From IMG/VR virus record IMGVR_UViG_3300021256_000077, positions 33,488-97,487 of that record: a DNA stretch of 64,000 bases. One strand, written 5' to 3'. The first letter of the stretch is position 1. Every line of letters starts with the position of its first letter. Below the pieces are notes generated by a model. The model did not search any database. It was not told where the DNA came from and saw nothing but the letters and a program-made list of their open reading frames with translations. Shown here piece by piece: positions 41,860 to 52,683 of the stretch. Position numbers and translations under genes: made by a program. The stretch is from a virus. Its lineage: Duplodnaviria; Caudoviricetes.

Positions 41860-43793
41860 CGCCACCATGTATGTGATCATGCCGATTCCGAGGGCTGCCA
41901 CAAAGCTGAAGATGAAATGTAAGGTAATTCATGAAGGTGAGAAGATCGATGTGGTCGCGGACTATAATATCGAGGACATTCAGAATTTCCGCAAAGACTT
42001 CATCGATAACGTAGGCGATGATGAGTTCAACGTAAGGTATACACTCACTGATCAGGGAAGGGCAATGCTCGGAATCAAAGCATAAAAAATTTTCATCCCC
42101 GTGCAAATTTTTCAAGAAATTGTTTCCTTTTATCTTAGGAGGCAAAGAAAGGAAGAATTCACGGGGGTGTTTTTATGATTGACTTCCCAACGCCATTCTT
42201 CACATGCGGTTCGTGCATTCATTTCAAGCATGACTGCCCTTGTGTAAAGAGACAATACTTTATCCTGACACTCGACCCGGACTATCAGCAGTACTTCTTC
42301 AACAAGGACTACGCAGTCTACAACCCGACGCATCGTATCTGTAGGTACTATGTGCCGCATAAGAAGTACCCCGACCTGATGCGCGTCTGGCATGGCTTCG
42401 ACTGGTACTACGACAACTGGTGTCTGGAGCGTGGCCGTAACGTCATCATTCATCCGGCCCTTCCTCTTCGCCGCAAAAGGAAACGCGAGTTCGATTCTTT
42501 TCTGATTCCCGAGTGCGATTTCCTGAACGCGAAGATCATCAATGACGAAGGGATTATCCGATACGTCCGCTACTATCGGCTTGAGAAGAAGCGAAACGAT
42601 CCTGAACATCCCGAGCTTCATATTGAGGAGGGCGGCTACATTCGCTGTACGCCGGAAGAAGGGTTTGTGGTGCTGGATCACTGGTGGGAGGACGAGGACG
42701 AAGATGACTGATCACGATTACGACAAGCATCTCATACGCTATGCCGTGCCAAGAACCACAAGCATGGTTCGCTCCGACAATGCGGGCGGGTTTTTCTACA
42801 CGGCCTACGTTGAGATCACCGCGCTTGAGCCAGACGCCCAGCCGGATACAACCGGGCAGTACAAATGCCCTTATCTCCGGCAGAATCCATTCCAGACATG
42901 GGATGGCAAGAGTGCACACCGCTTCGAGAATGACAAGTACAACAAATTCATACCGCCCGAATACCGAAGATACCCAGACTACATGCAGCTTATCTTCAGG
43001 CGTATGGGACATCAGAAGGATTATGAAGAGGCCAAGGCCGCGATGCAGAAGATGGATTTCAAAAATCCCAAAGATGTACGTACATGCTTGAACCGACGTT
43101 GGCTTGGAACAGCCGAACATATTGAGCGGCTTCCACGAATTGCCATGGACATCCACCCAGGCTTCCGCACTTACAAGGCCATCCGCGCTCCACTGCAGCC
43201 CTATCAGCGCGAAGACAAGATCTTCCTCGCTCTGCCGACAGACCTGTTCGAGAGCTATGACGAAGCCCTGGAGGAAGCGACTGCCAGGTGCATGGACTAC
43301 ATCAATCACGCCATCATCAAACGCAAGCTTGAATGGCATGAAGATGTGGAACAGATCATGGCTTGGATACCCGAAGAAGAGCGTGGCAGTGCGAGGATGA
43401 TGCTTTCTACTCTGAGCTGGAGTGAGACTTCCCAACTCGGTTTCGACGGCAAGAAGGTGTATTTCCGCACCACCCCAGAGATACCATGGGAGACCATTTA
43501 TGAGACGAGAGGAACAGAGCCACATGACAGTGATCGAATCATTGTCCAACCGGACATTTGAAGCCACCTACAACGAGACTGAAAAGACACTCATCGTCCG
43601 CTATAAGAAGTTTGGCGGCGACGAAGTGTTGCTACTTCTCGAGAAGGTTGGCGGGTGGATTTCAACCACCATACTCCTGACGGAGGACTATCGCGTCGTT
43701 CCCATGGACGTGGCCGACGCGCTTCAGGCCTATCTCACTGTATACCTCACAGACATTGAAGACTTTTTTGAAAGAAAGGATGATTTGTTTTGA
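41825..43793 (+). other. Hypothetical CDSs (41825-42085, 42175-42711, 42704-43561, 43523-43793)
   Basis: Overlapping + strand ORFs without recognisable motifs. Confidence 0.65.
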
Positions 43794-44425
43794 TGGATGT
43801 ACAACTGATTCGTTACACACCAGACCCTGATCACATCTGTGGATTGGCGGCCGCCGAATGCTACAGCAGTAACAACCCGTACAAGGCCTTGGAAGTTGCC
43901 ATGGCGGGCGGTCACGAATCCGTAGCCGAGCACGCCACATTCACCTTCTCGATCAGAGGAATTTCACGGACGGCCCTCGCCCAGCTCACGCGCCACAGGA
44001 TTGCAAGCTTTTCCGTTCAGTCTCAGCGGTATGTCAACATCACAGACAATGATGTGGTCACGCCGGAGACAATCCCGGAGAAGTACCGCAAAGACTGGGA
44101 CGATATCGTGAAAAAGGCTGGCATCCTGTACGTGCATATGGTGGAGGACGGTGTGCCCAAGGAAGACGCCCGGTTCATTATCCCGCAGGGTGTTACGACA
44201 AACCTGACCATGACGATGAATGCCCGTGAACTCAGGCACTTCTTCTCACTCAGGTGCTGTAACCGTGCCCAGTGGGAGATCAGGCAGCTTGCATGCGCGA
44301 TGCTTGATCTGGTGAAACCCATTGCCCCAATTCTGTTTGACAATGCAGGGCCTGCCTGTGTGCGTGGCAAGTGCCCGGAGAAAAAGCCCTGCGGACATCC
44401 ATGGAAGGAGACGACGAAGGAATGA
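43790..44425 (+). CDS. thyX: Flavin-dependent thymidylate synthase
   Basis: GHESVAEH, QLTRHRIASFSVQSQRY, NARELRHF, LRCCNRAQWEIR. Confidence 0.95.
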   Translation: MMDVQLIRYTPDPDHICGLAAAECYSSNNPYKALEVAMAGGHESVAEHATFTFSIRGISRTALAQLTRHRIASFSVQSQRYVNITDNDVVTPETIPEKYRKDWDDIVKKAGILYVHMVEDGVPKEDARFIIPQGVTTNLTMTMNARELRHFFSLRCCNRAQWEIRQLACAMLDLVKPIAPILFDNAGPACVRGKCPEKKPCGHPWKETTKE

Positions 44426-45110
44426 ACATACTCCCTGTAGAGAACATTGAAGAGTCCTACGCCTTGAAGAACTTGTTTCACGGCAAATGCCCTGCATGCC
44501 ACGCCAACGTAACACGTAGAACTGATGATCCCATAATCCGTTACTGCCCCAACTGCGGACAGAGCATGGACTGGAATATAAATGATAAGGAAAAGGAGAC
44601 TGATTGTATGGGTTCTAAACTCGACCTTTCCGCCCCCTGGCAGGCTTACCGCAGCAAGTTGAATGCGCTGTTCGGCGGTGATGACGAAGTAACTGTCAGC
44701 GATGTCTTCAGCGAGGGCACTGGTTATGTCGTCCACATTGAAGTCAAGAGCCACTCGAAGTTCAGCGCACTCTCCAAGCTCCTGCCCAAGGAGGTCGCCT
44801 TCGGCAACGTTGTGCTGAAGATTCTGCTCTATGACAAGGCGAACGGTGCTGACGGCGATGATTACGTGGCTCTGTTCAACGATGCTTTCCGTGGCAATCC
44901 CGTGTTCAACAGCGTGCTCGATCTCACAGACTTTGCGGATACCCACCACTATTTTGTGCAGTTTGAGCCGACCGTGGTGCAGTACTTCGATGATGATCTG
45001 CGTGACCCGAACGGCTACTGGACTGGCCTGATTCAGGACGTTGCACGCGACGTATTCGTCGATTGCCCTCTGGGCGTTTCCTTCAATACCATTCCCATGG
45101 ATGATGACAC

Positions 45111-45545
45111 ATGGGAGTAACATTCATTACCACGCTCCTGCCCATCATAACCGAGAGCATCTTCGTTCCGTCTCTGGATACCTACAGCATTGTCGTGCTG
45201 ATTCCAAAGGCGGACGAGGATGTCCTCGTCAAACTGAGAAAGGTAGCCGAGCACGAAGGAGTCCACGAATGGCCCGGTCTTCCCTATGACCGGAAAGACA
45301 AGGGATTCATTCTTTCAGCACAGTCCAGGCGTCCGCCATTGGTTTGCGACGGAGATCTTAACATATTCCATGCACCGGGTTATGCCTACAAAGGACAGTT
45401 GGTGCGGTTGATACTCACCATCTTCAATGAAGATGATCACCTCTACTGGGAACTGAGAGCAGTACAGCTATTCCGGTGGCGCGATAATCCCCTGCTCCAG
45501 GCATTTGGTGAAGCGGTCAATCTGGACGATGTATATGTGAGGTGA
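45111..45545 (+). CDS. Degenerate DUF2815 / gp2.5-like OB-fold protein
   Basis: YSIVVLIPKAD...LSAQSRRPPLV...YKGQLVR...LRAVQ pattern. Confidence 0.45.
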   Translation: MGVTFITTLLPIITESIFVPSLDTYSIVVLIPKADEDVLVKLRKVAEHEGVHEWPGLPYDRKDKGFILSAQSRRPPLVCDGDLNIFHAPGYAYKGQLVRLILTIFNEDDHLYWELRAVQLFRWRDNPLLQAFGEAVNLDDVYVR

Positions 45546-46487
45546 TAGACATGGATTACCCGGAAAATGAACAGTGGCAGCCCGGGATGGAAGGCGAATG
45601 CCATAAGTGCCGCAGAGAAAAATACTGTCGCAGGATTTGCCGACAGTTCAAGGATAGAGTTCGGAGAGAGCTGATTGGTGTAGCGGTAAAGATGGCAAAT
45701 GAAGCTCTCGAAAAGAAACATGCTGAGGAGGCTGAAGCCGATGACAAACTACGAGTGGATCACGAGCATGAATCGTGAACACCTGGCCAACTTCCTCTGC
45801 CTGATGATCAAAGTTTCCGGCGGCTGTGAGCGGGGTGAATGCCCCTACGAACCCTATAAGAAGAACGACGGGTTCTGCGTCGATGACTGGTTCGATGCCG
45901 ACGTGAATGATAAGGGTGGTACGGATGATTGAGATGATGGCATTCTGTATCGGAATCATCTGCGTACCCATGCTCCTTTCCTATCTGCTCGATGAGGTGA
46001 TTTTTTGTTCAAACGAAGAAGGCGACCGCGCTACTATGAACTGATTCGGTTCGTATGTATGCGCTGTTGCCTCGAATTCAAACTTGACACACGACTGATT
46101 CAACGAAAACGACATTACCATTTCTTTGGAAACTACTGGACAGCCCCATGTCCCGTCTGCCATGAACAACTCATCAGCCGGGATGTGGAGGCTGTTTCTT
46201 TTCATGATGAATTGAAGAGGGGGTTACTGCATGACAGTCAGTGAGTTCGCCTGTGAGGCGAAGCTTTCCCATCTGGCCGCATACATCTGTGATCTGATGT
46301 GCAAGGCCGACGATCAGGATATCATGCCCGAGAAGATCAACATTTACCGTCAGGCTGTAGAAGCTTTACTTGCCGAGGTTGCTTACCTCGAAAAAGTAAA
46401 AGAACGCTGCAAGGCGGGCATCGCCATCAATACACTGGATGCTGTTGTCCGTCCAGTTTCCGAAATCCACACGACGGGGGTTGGCTT

Positions 46488-46913
46488 ATGAAACGCTACC
46501 TTCACATCTGCGAAGTCTGCGGCAAGCAAGAATTTCTGACACCCAAAGAAGCCTATGATCAGGGCTGGGATTATCCCCCGCACTTTGGGATATACGGCAT
46601 GCTTTCACCCCGCACCTGCCCGAACTGCACGATTGATCAGACGGTATGGTTCGCACTGCAAAGCGGCAAAAAGATCACAGAATTGCCGAAACGCATGATT
46701 GATACGATCAAGCGAATTCAGGGAGAACCAGAGAATCTCATTTATGATGAGTACCCTGCAAGCAAATATCCTGACTGGAAATCGGGAAGTCTATACAACG
46801 TTGGTGATCTCGTACTGTACGAGCAGGACGAATATGAATGCAAAAAGGCACATATAAGTATTGAATCTCCGGCGAGTGATACCGCACATTGGGAATCTCG
46901 CAGACGGACATGA
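46488..46913 (+). CDS. Zn-ribbon protein with C-terminal CBM5/12-like module
   Basis: CEVC...CPNC followed by WKSGSLYNVGDLVLYEQDEYECKKAHIS...W. Confidence 0.55.
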   Translation: MKRYLHICEVCGKQEFLTPKEAYDQGWDYPPHFGIYGMLSPRTCPNCTIDQTVWFALQSGKKITELPKRMIDTIKRIQGEPENLIYDEYPASKYPDWKSGSLYNVGDLVLYEQDEYECKKAHISIESPASDTAHWESRRRT

Positions 46914-46930
46914 TAAGGAGGACAACAACA

Positions 46931-47986
46931 GTGGCACGTAAGCTTGCAAGCATAGAGCGAGTATGGAAAGTCGAGCCGATTGAAGGCGCGGACAAGATCG
47001 AACTGGTACACGTTCTCGGATGGCAGTGCGTTGTAAACAAAGGACAGTTCAAGCCCATGGACCTCGGCGTGTATTTCGAGATTGATTCTTTCCTTCCGAT
47101 TCAGCCTGAGTTTGAGTTCCTGAGAACTTCGAGCTACCGGAAGTCGGACATCATGGGAGAAGGATTCAAGCTCAAGACCATGCGGTTCAAGGGTCAGATA
47201 TCGCAGGGGCTTCTGCTTCCTCTGTCCGTCTTCGGTGATCTGTTCAAGGATGCTACAGTCGGTCAAGCCGTAGCAAGTACACTTGGTGTAAGAAAATGGG
47301 AAGAGGAAGAGCGTGCAACTACTGGCGGCACGGTAATCGGTGGCCTTCCCTACGATGTTCCTAAGTCAAATGAAGACCGAATTCAAAATTTTCCTGAACT
47401 GCTTGAGGAATTCCGTGGCCTGGAGTATTACATCTCCACCAAGATGGACGGTTCTTCCCACTCCATCTCAATTGATACTAACGGTGTGCATGTAACCGGG
47501 CACAACTACGAGTACAAGGATGACGGGTCTAGTTCCTTCTATGAGTTCGTCAAAAAGAATAGTTATCTGGACAGGATCATGCACTATGCTGAGACTCACC
47601 AGTTCACGATTCAGACGCTGACCATTCAGGGCGAGTTCTGTGCCCCGGGCGTTCAGGGAAATCCCGTGAAGCTCACACGACCCGAGTGGTATGTCTTCAC
47701 CATCCGGGTAAACGGCAAGCGGGTCTCGCTGGATGAGATGCTCAAAATCTGTAGAGACATTGATATCCCGACCGTTCCGATTGAAGAGCGTGGCTTTGAC
47801 CTTCCGTCGATATATCCGACAGTAGATGCAGTACTCGAACGTGCCGAAGGCTACTATTCTACTGGAAGCCGCAAAGAAGGTATCGTCATCCGGCCTACCG
47901 AGCCTGTATTCTCGAAGACGATCAGCGCAAGCCTGTCCATGAAGGCTGTAAGCAACACGTACCTTCTGAAGAAGAAAGGTGACTGA
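46931..47986 (+). CDS. ATP-dependent RNA ligase, DRB0094-like family
   Basis: RKLASI, IEGADKIE, YFEIDS, SQGLLLP, KMDGSS, QGE, EGIV motifs. Confidence 0.9.
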   Translation: MARKLASIERVWKVEPIEGADKIELVHVLGWQCVVNKGQFKPMDLGVYFEIDSFLPIQPEFEFLRTSSYRKSDIMGEGFKLKTMRFKGQISQGLLLPLSVFGDLFKDATVGQAVASTLGVRKWEEEERATTGGTVIGGLPYDVPKSNEDRIQNFPELLEEFRGLEYYISTKMDGSSHSISIDTNGVHVTGHNYEYKDDGSSSFYEFVKKNSYLDRIMHYAETHQFTIQTLTIQGEFCAPGVQGNPVKLTRPEWYVFTIRVNGKRVSLDEMLKICRDIDIPTVPIEERGFDLPSIYPTVDAVLERAEGYYSTGSRKEGIVIRPTEPVFSKTISASLSMKAVSNTYLLKKKGD

Positions 47987-48318
47987 GATGACGGTTGGAG
48001 AACTGATTGAACTTCTTAAGGAAGAAAACCCCGATGCCTTGGTTTATACCATGGACAACTCCGATGACATTGCGCTGCTTGCTACAACGGTGAGCCGAAA
48101 TATTCTCGTCGGAAAAGATGAGACAGTGGTCATTCACTGACAGAGAGGATGAGCTGTGTGAAAGTACACGTCTGGATTAGAACGGATGTTGTCGGAAGTG
48201 AAGTTGAAGATACTCTGGAACTTGATGATAACCTGACGGATGAAGAGATTGAAAGCGAAGCCCGGGACTACATTTTCAATTTTATTGAATGGGGCTGGAT
48301 GAAAGTGGAGGAAAGTCA

Positions 48319-48948
48319 ATGGGACAGTTAATCACATTTGAAGGAATCGACTGCTGCGGGAAGACCACTCAGATCAACCTGCTTCTGGATGATCTGGTGA
48401 GCAAATACAATAAGAGCGCGATGTACACCCGCGAACCCGGCGGATGTATTGTGGCCGAGCACATTCGCGGTATTCTGCTTGATCCGGCTACCCCGCCCAT
48501 GTGCAATACGACCGAGGCCCTGCTGTTTGCCGCCAGTCGCTCCGAGCATTTCAACAAAATCGTGAAGTTCGGCCTTGATCAGTACGACCTCGTCATCAGT
48601 GACCGCTTCTGCGATTCTTCCGTGGCCTATCAGGGTGGCGGCCGCGAAATGGACCTGGAGCGCATCATGCAGATCAACGATCTATTCCTCGAAGGATTCC
48701 GCCCTGCCCTCACCTTCTATCTGCGGCTTGAAGTGGATGACATGTACAGCCGGATGAAAGAGCGGGATGAGGTTCAGACACAGGATCGCATGGAGTCACA
48801 GGGCCGTGAGTTCTACGAGCGCGTGGTTGCCACCTATGACTGGCTTGCCACTGAGCACGCCGACCGGATTGTAACACTGGACGCCATGCAGGATATTGAC
48901 ACCATCCATGATCAGATTTGCGGCACACTCGAGGCCCGCATTTTTTGA
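48319..48948 (+). CDS. tmk: Thymidylate kinase
   Basis: FEGIDCCGKTTQ, TREPGG, DRFCDSSVAYQG. Confidence 0.95.
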   Translation: MGQLITFEGIDCCGKTTQINLLLDDLVSKYNKSAMYTREPGGCIVAEHIRGILLDPATPPMCNTTEALLFAASRSEHFNKIVKFGLDQYDLVISDRFCDSSVAYQGGGREMDLERIMQINDLFLEGFRPALTFYLRLEVDDMYSRMKERDEVQTQDRMESQGREFYERVVATYDWLATEHADRIVTLDAMQDIDTIHDQICGTLEARIF

Positions 48949-49229
48949 GTCGTGATTTCTTCAGCATCTACCTCGGATTCCTTGACATGTACAAGGGCAA
49001 CATCAACGTGCATCTCGTAAATCATACCGTTTGGGACGATGATGGCAGCGAATGTTACGGCCTTACAGTATGGGAGGATAACGAGGTAGATGTTTTTATT
49101 TGTACCACTGAAAGCGACCCGGTCGATACCCTGGTACACGAACTGGCACATGTGCTCGTCGGCTGGGAGCATGATCACGACGAAGAGTGGGAAGCCGCAT
49201 ATAAAAAAATTTTGGATGGCGTGCAATAA
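48945..49229 (+). CDS. Small zincin-like (HExxH) protein
   Basis: TLVHELAHV...HDEEW. Confidence 0.6.
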   Translation: MSRDFFSIYLGFLDMYKGNINVHLVNHTVWDDDGSECYGLTVWEDNEVDVFICTTESDPVDTLVHELAHVLVGWEHDHDEEWEAAYKKILDGVQ

Positions 49230-50138
49230 ACAGGTCGATTTTGTTTCTTTACTATACTGGAGGGGGAATAAGGGTATGGCATTAATTGATGCACTGGTAT
49301 GGATCGCCTTCTTCATTAGCATTGTAATCTCGTCATTCGTTTTCGGAATGATGTACGGGATGAGTGACGAGCATTCATTCCGTGCTTTCCTGAAGCATCT
49401 GTTTTGTTCACAACGAAGGAGTTGATTGATCAATGTATATTATCCTGGCCATCCTGAGTGGGTTGGTGGTGCTGACCACGATCATGTTGTTTCTCACGAT
49501 CAGAATCAATCAAGACTTGGATGAGATATCCAGTTCTCAGATTGATATTATGAAGACACAGAATGACATCATGGAAAGCCAGATCGACATTCTCAAAACG
49601 CAGCGTGATCTTATTCAGTCCCAGCGCGACATATGCGAAACACATAGAAAAATGTACGAGTATTTCGAATACATTATCAAAGCCATTGGGGGTGAAAAAG
49701 ATGACTGGCAAGGATCTGATCAAGTGGATTAAAGACCACAAGGCCGAAGAAATGATCGTGACAATCCGTGACGATTACCGCTTTGACAATGGCGGTTGGT
49801 ATCTTGACGCGAATGAAATCTACACCGTGTATGGCCGCGATGGTCAGGGACTTTTCATGGGTAACTACGCCAAATACCTTCCCGAAGATACCGAACATCC
49901 GCACAACTATATCGTACTATGAGGTGATGAGCGATGACTGTGACATGTGAGCTGTTTGACTATTCAGATTCTCATCCAATCGACAACCCGAAAGTGATCG
50001 TCAAAAGTACCGGAACCGACACGGATCTTATCTCCATTGAATTCCTTGGTGTGAGCGTCATGGTGTCCGTCGGAGACATCATGAAGGCAGTCAATGCATG
50101 CACTTACGTACCGTAATCTAAAGGAACAGGTGATTAAG

Positions 50139-50702
50139 ATGGGAGCAAGATGGAAACACTTTAAGACAGTCTGGCGGCACAAGAAGGCCGTATACCGCGA
50201 ATGTAAGGCCTGCGGTATTACATGGCAGGGTATCGCCCATGACCTGTCCAAGTTCAGCCGCATCGAATTTGCACCTTCTGCAAAATACTTCCAGGGAAAC
50301 CGCAGCCCGATTGAAGCCGAGAAGGATGACTGCGGATACAGTGCAGCATGGCTTCATCACAAGGGACACAACCCACACCACTGGGAATACTGGACGGATT
50401 TCGGTGAGGACGGCGAGATCATCTGTAACCGAATCCCCTACCGCTACGTTGTCGAAATGGTCTGCGACTGGATTGGCGCGGGGCAGACCTATGCCGCAGG
50501 AGCGTGGACGCAGGATGATCCCATCAATTACTATTACAAGGTGCGCAAGGGACGACACTTCCATCCAGAGACTGAAGACTTAATCGTCAAGTTCCTGCTC
50601 TGTATCAAGACTGAGGGACTTGATGCTTTTCATAAAATGGCCCGATGTGAGGGCGAGTTTGCATACCTTGCAACTGACTATGAGGGGTTGATGATACCGT
50701 GA
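50139..50702 (+). CDS. DUF5662 / HD-like protein
   Basis: HDLSKF, WLHHKGHNPHHWEYW, EMVCDW. Confidence 0.75.
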   Translation: MGARWKHFKTVWRHKKAVYRECKACGITWQGIAHDLSKFSRIEFAPSAKYFQGNRSPIEAEKDDCGYSAAWLHHKGHNPHHWEYWTDFGEDGEIICNRIPYRYVVEMVCDWIGAGQTYAAGAWTQDDPINYYYKVRKGRHFHPETEDLIVKFLLCIKTEGLDAFHKMARCEGEFAYLATDYEGLMIP

Positions 50703-51685
50703 CATTCGAAGAATGGAAGACAAAGCTCGACACACAGCAAACGATTGAGTCGGCCAGGTGGCTCAGTGTAGCACTGGACGATCAGTTTGTCCGCGCCGTG
50801 ATCTCCAATCTTCTGGACTATGTCAAGGAGCTTTCAGAGGATGTCATTCGCCTGAACTTGGCCCAGTTCGACAGTGAAGCGATAGCTAAGCGCGACGCCT
50901 TCCTGTCCGATGAAAACGGCAAAGCATTGAATGAATATTTCCAAAGCGTGTGGGGTGATCTTGATGATGAATGAACTGGTATATGTGGTCAGGGTTGACG
51001 GTGAGGTCGCCATCGAAACTGAAGATGTCGAATTTGCCCTGATCTTTGTTGAGGGGTTACTTGATCGGTATTACGCCGACACCGAGATGACGATTACGAT
51101 CAAGAGAGAAGAAGGACACGTTTATGAAAGAAGCACGCCTGTTGGCATTTGAGGAAGTAAGCAAGCTGAACCATATGTGCGGCGATGTATGGCTTGAACT
51201 GGCAGACCGGGAGCATCACAAGTATGAGCTGTTCCCGGTTTTTATTTTGCGCTGCACACCGACCGAAACCATTGCCGAAGGAGACGGCTGTTGGAGTTTC
51301 AAGAACGACCAGTATGGAAGCCACTGGCGTTGCTGGTCTGACAGGCCATCTTCGGAACAGACCATTGAGGAGGGATGACAATGAAAAAGGGTGACTGGGT
51401 TGACATGATCGAAGAGATTAATGGCCTGGTGGATGACATGAACGACACGCCGGAAGCCGCAATAAGAAATGATTGTATAGACGAAGTTCTCGACATTGTT
51501 TACAAGTACAAGGACAATGTCGATTGTGTCAGCTACCCGCTGTATTCCATCCTCTACTACAATTACGGCAATTCTCCGGCAGTCAGCGTATTCCCCGACC
51601 GTTCAGTTGCGGTTAATTTCGCTTCGACACTGATTGGCCGCTATGATGTGGTGAACTTCAAGGTGCAGTCAACGGAGGACTTCGA

Positions 51686-51871
51686 ATGACGAGAAGAGAC
51701 TTGGTTGAGTTGGCAGAGCTTTAGGAACGATACGAGCTTGAGTGTGAGAGTCAGTGCGAGGATTGCTCATATGCGCTGCTCGATCCTGATACGCCCGCCT
51801 TTCCAAATTATTACTGCCCGTAGAAAGAAACGTACCGCATGGTGTGTGAGAGATTGGAGGATATACAATGA
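51686..51871 (+). CDS. Small Cys-rich protein (two in-frame TAGs; missed by ORF track)
   Basis: MTRRDLVELAEL*ERYELEC...NYYCP*KETY; GGAGG RBS and ATGA overlaps at both ends; TAGs at 51722 and 51821. Confidence 0.8.
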
Positions 51872-52578
51872 GTCATTTCCCTGTTTCCGTTATTCACAGA
51901 GGAGATCAGGATGTTGAAGAACTTCTTGCCCCGTACAATGAGAACATCGAGGTTGAGCCTTACATCGAGTACACCAGACAACAGGCCATTGAGCACGCCA
52001 GAAAGTACCGCGCCAATAGACTGAAGGATGCTTCCGATGAAGAGTGCTGGAAGGATGTGGCCGAAGATTATGAGCAGGACAGAGTTGATGCCGATGGAAA
52101 TCTTTGGTCAACCTATAACCCGAAGTCCAAGTGGGACTGGTGGTCTTTCGGCGGCCGCTGGAGTGGTGAACTGATCACGAAGTCTGGTGAATACCTCGAC
52201 GAGTGTCTGGTAAAAGAAATCGATACTACGCTGAATAAAGTTGAATATAGAAATGCCCTGCGCTTCTGGGATGTGTATGTCGACAAGAAACCTCTGGAAC
52301 CTGGAGAGACTGAAGAACAGTACAGTTCTTTCTACAAGGAGAGCTACTTTAAAGACAGGTATCTGGATCGTGAGACCTACGCCAAATGTCAGGCAACATT
52401 CTTTACCCGGGCGGTGGTTACGCCGGATGGAGAGTGGCATGAGGCCGGGGAGATGGGTTGGTTCGGATGTTCGTCTGAAACCGGAGAAGAGTGGCGCGAC
52501 TGGGTGGAACACTTCAAGGAACGGTACATCGACCCTTACCTTGACATGACACTCACGATGATTGACTGCCACATTTAA
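51868..52578 (+). CDS. Phage hypothetical protein
   Basis: MSHF...STYNPKSKWDWW..GGRW...TPDGEWHE.G.MGWFG...DCHI pattern. Confidence 0.8.
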   Translation: MSHFPVSVIHRGDQDVEELLAPYNENIEVEPYIEYTRQQAIEHARKYRANRLKDASDEECWKDVAEDYEQDRVDADGNLWSTYNPKSKWDWWSFGGRWSGELITKSGEYLDECLVKEIDTTLNKVEYRNALRFWDVYVDKKPLEPGETEEQYSSFYKESYFKDRYLDRETYAKCQATFFTRAVVTPDGEWHEAGEMGWFGCSSETGEEWRDWVEHFKERYIDPYLDMTLTMIDCHI

Positions 52579-52633
52579 GGAGCCTATAATGGATTCGGAC
52601 GAAAGGATAGTCCTTTCGTTCTGTTAATGGGGA

Positions 52634-52669
52634 GGAGTAGCTACGTGGCGGCTACTCCTTTTTATTTTT
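52634..52669 (+). terminator. Rho-independent terminator
   Basis: AGGAGTAGC...GCTACTCCT followed by a T tract. Confidence 0.75.
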
Positions 52670-52683
52670 GCAGAGGTGAGAAG

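Noticed and set aside
5400-51823. TAG-interrupted genes as pseudogenes or sequencing errors
   Set aside because: Every lesion I found is TAG, several genes carry two or three in one frame, I saw no frameshifts, gene overlaps remain exact, and a cognate CUA tRNA is present.
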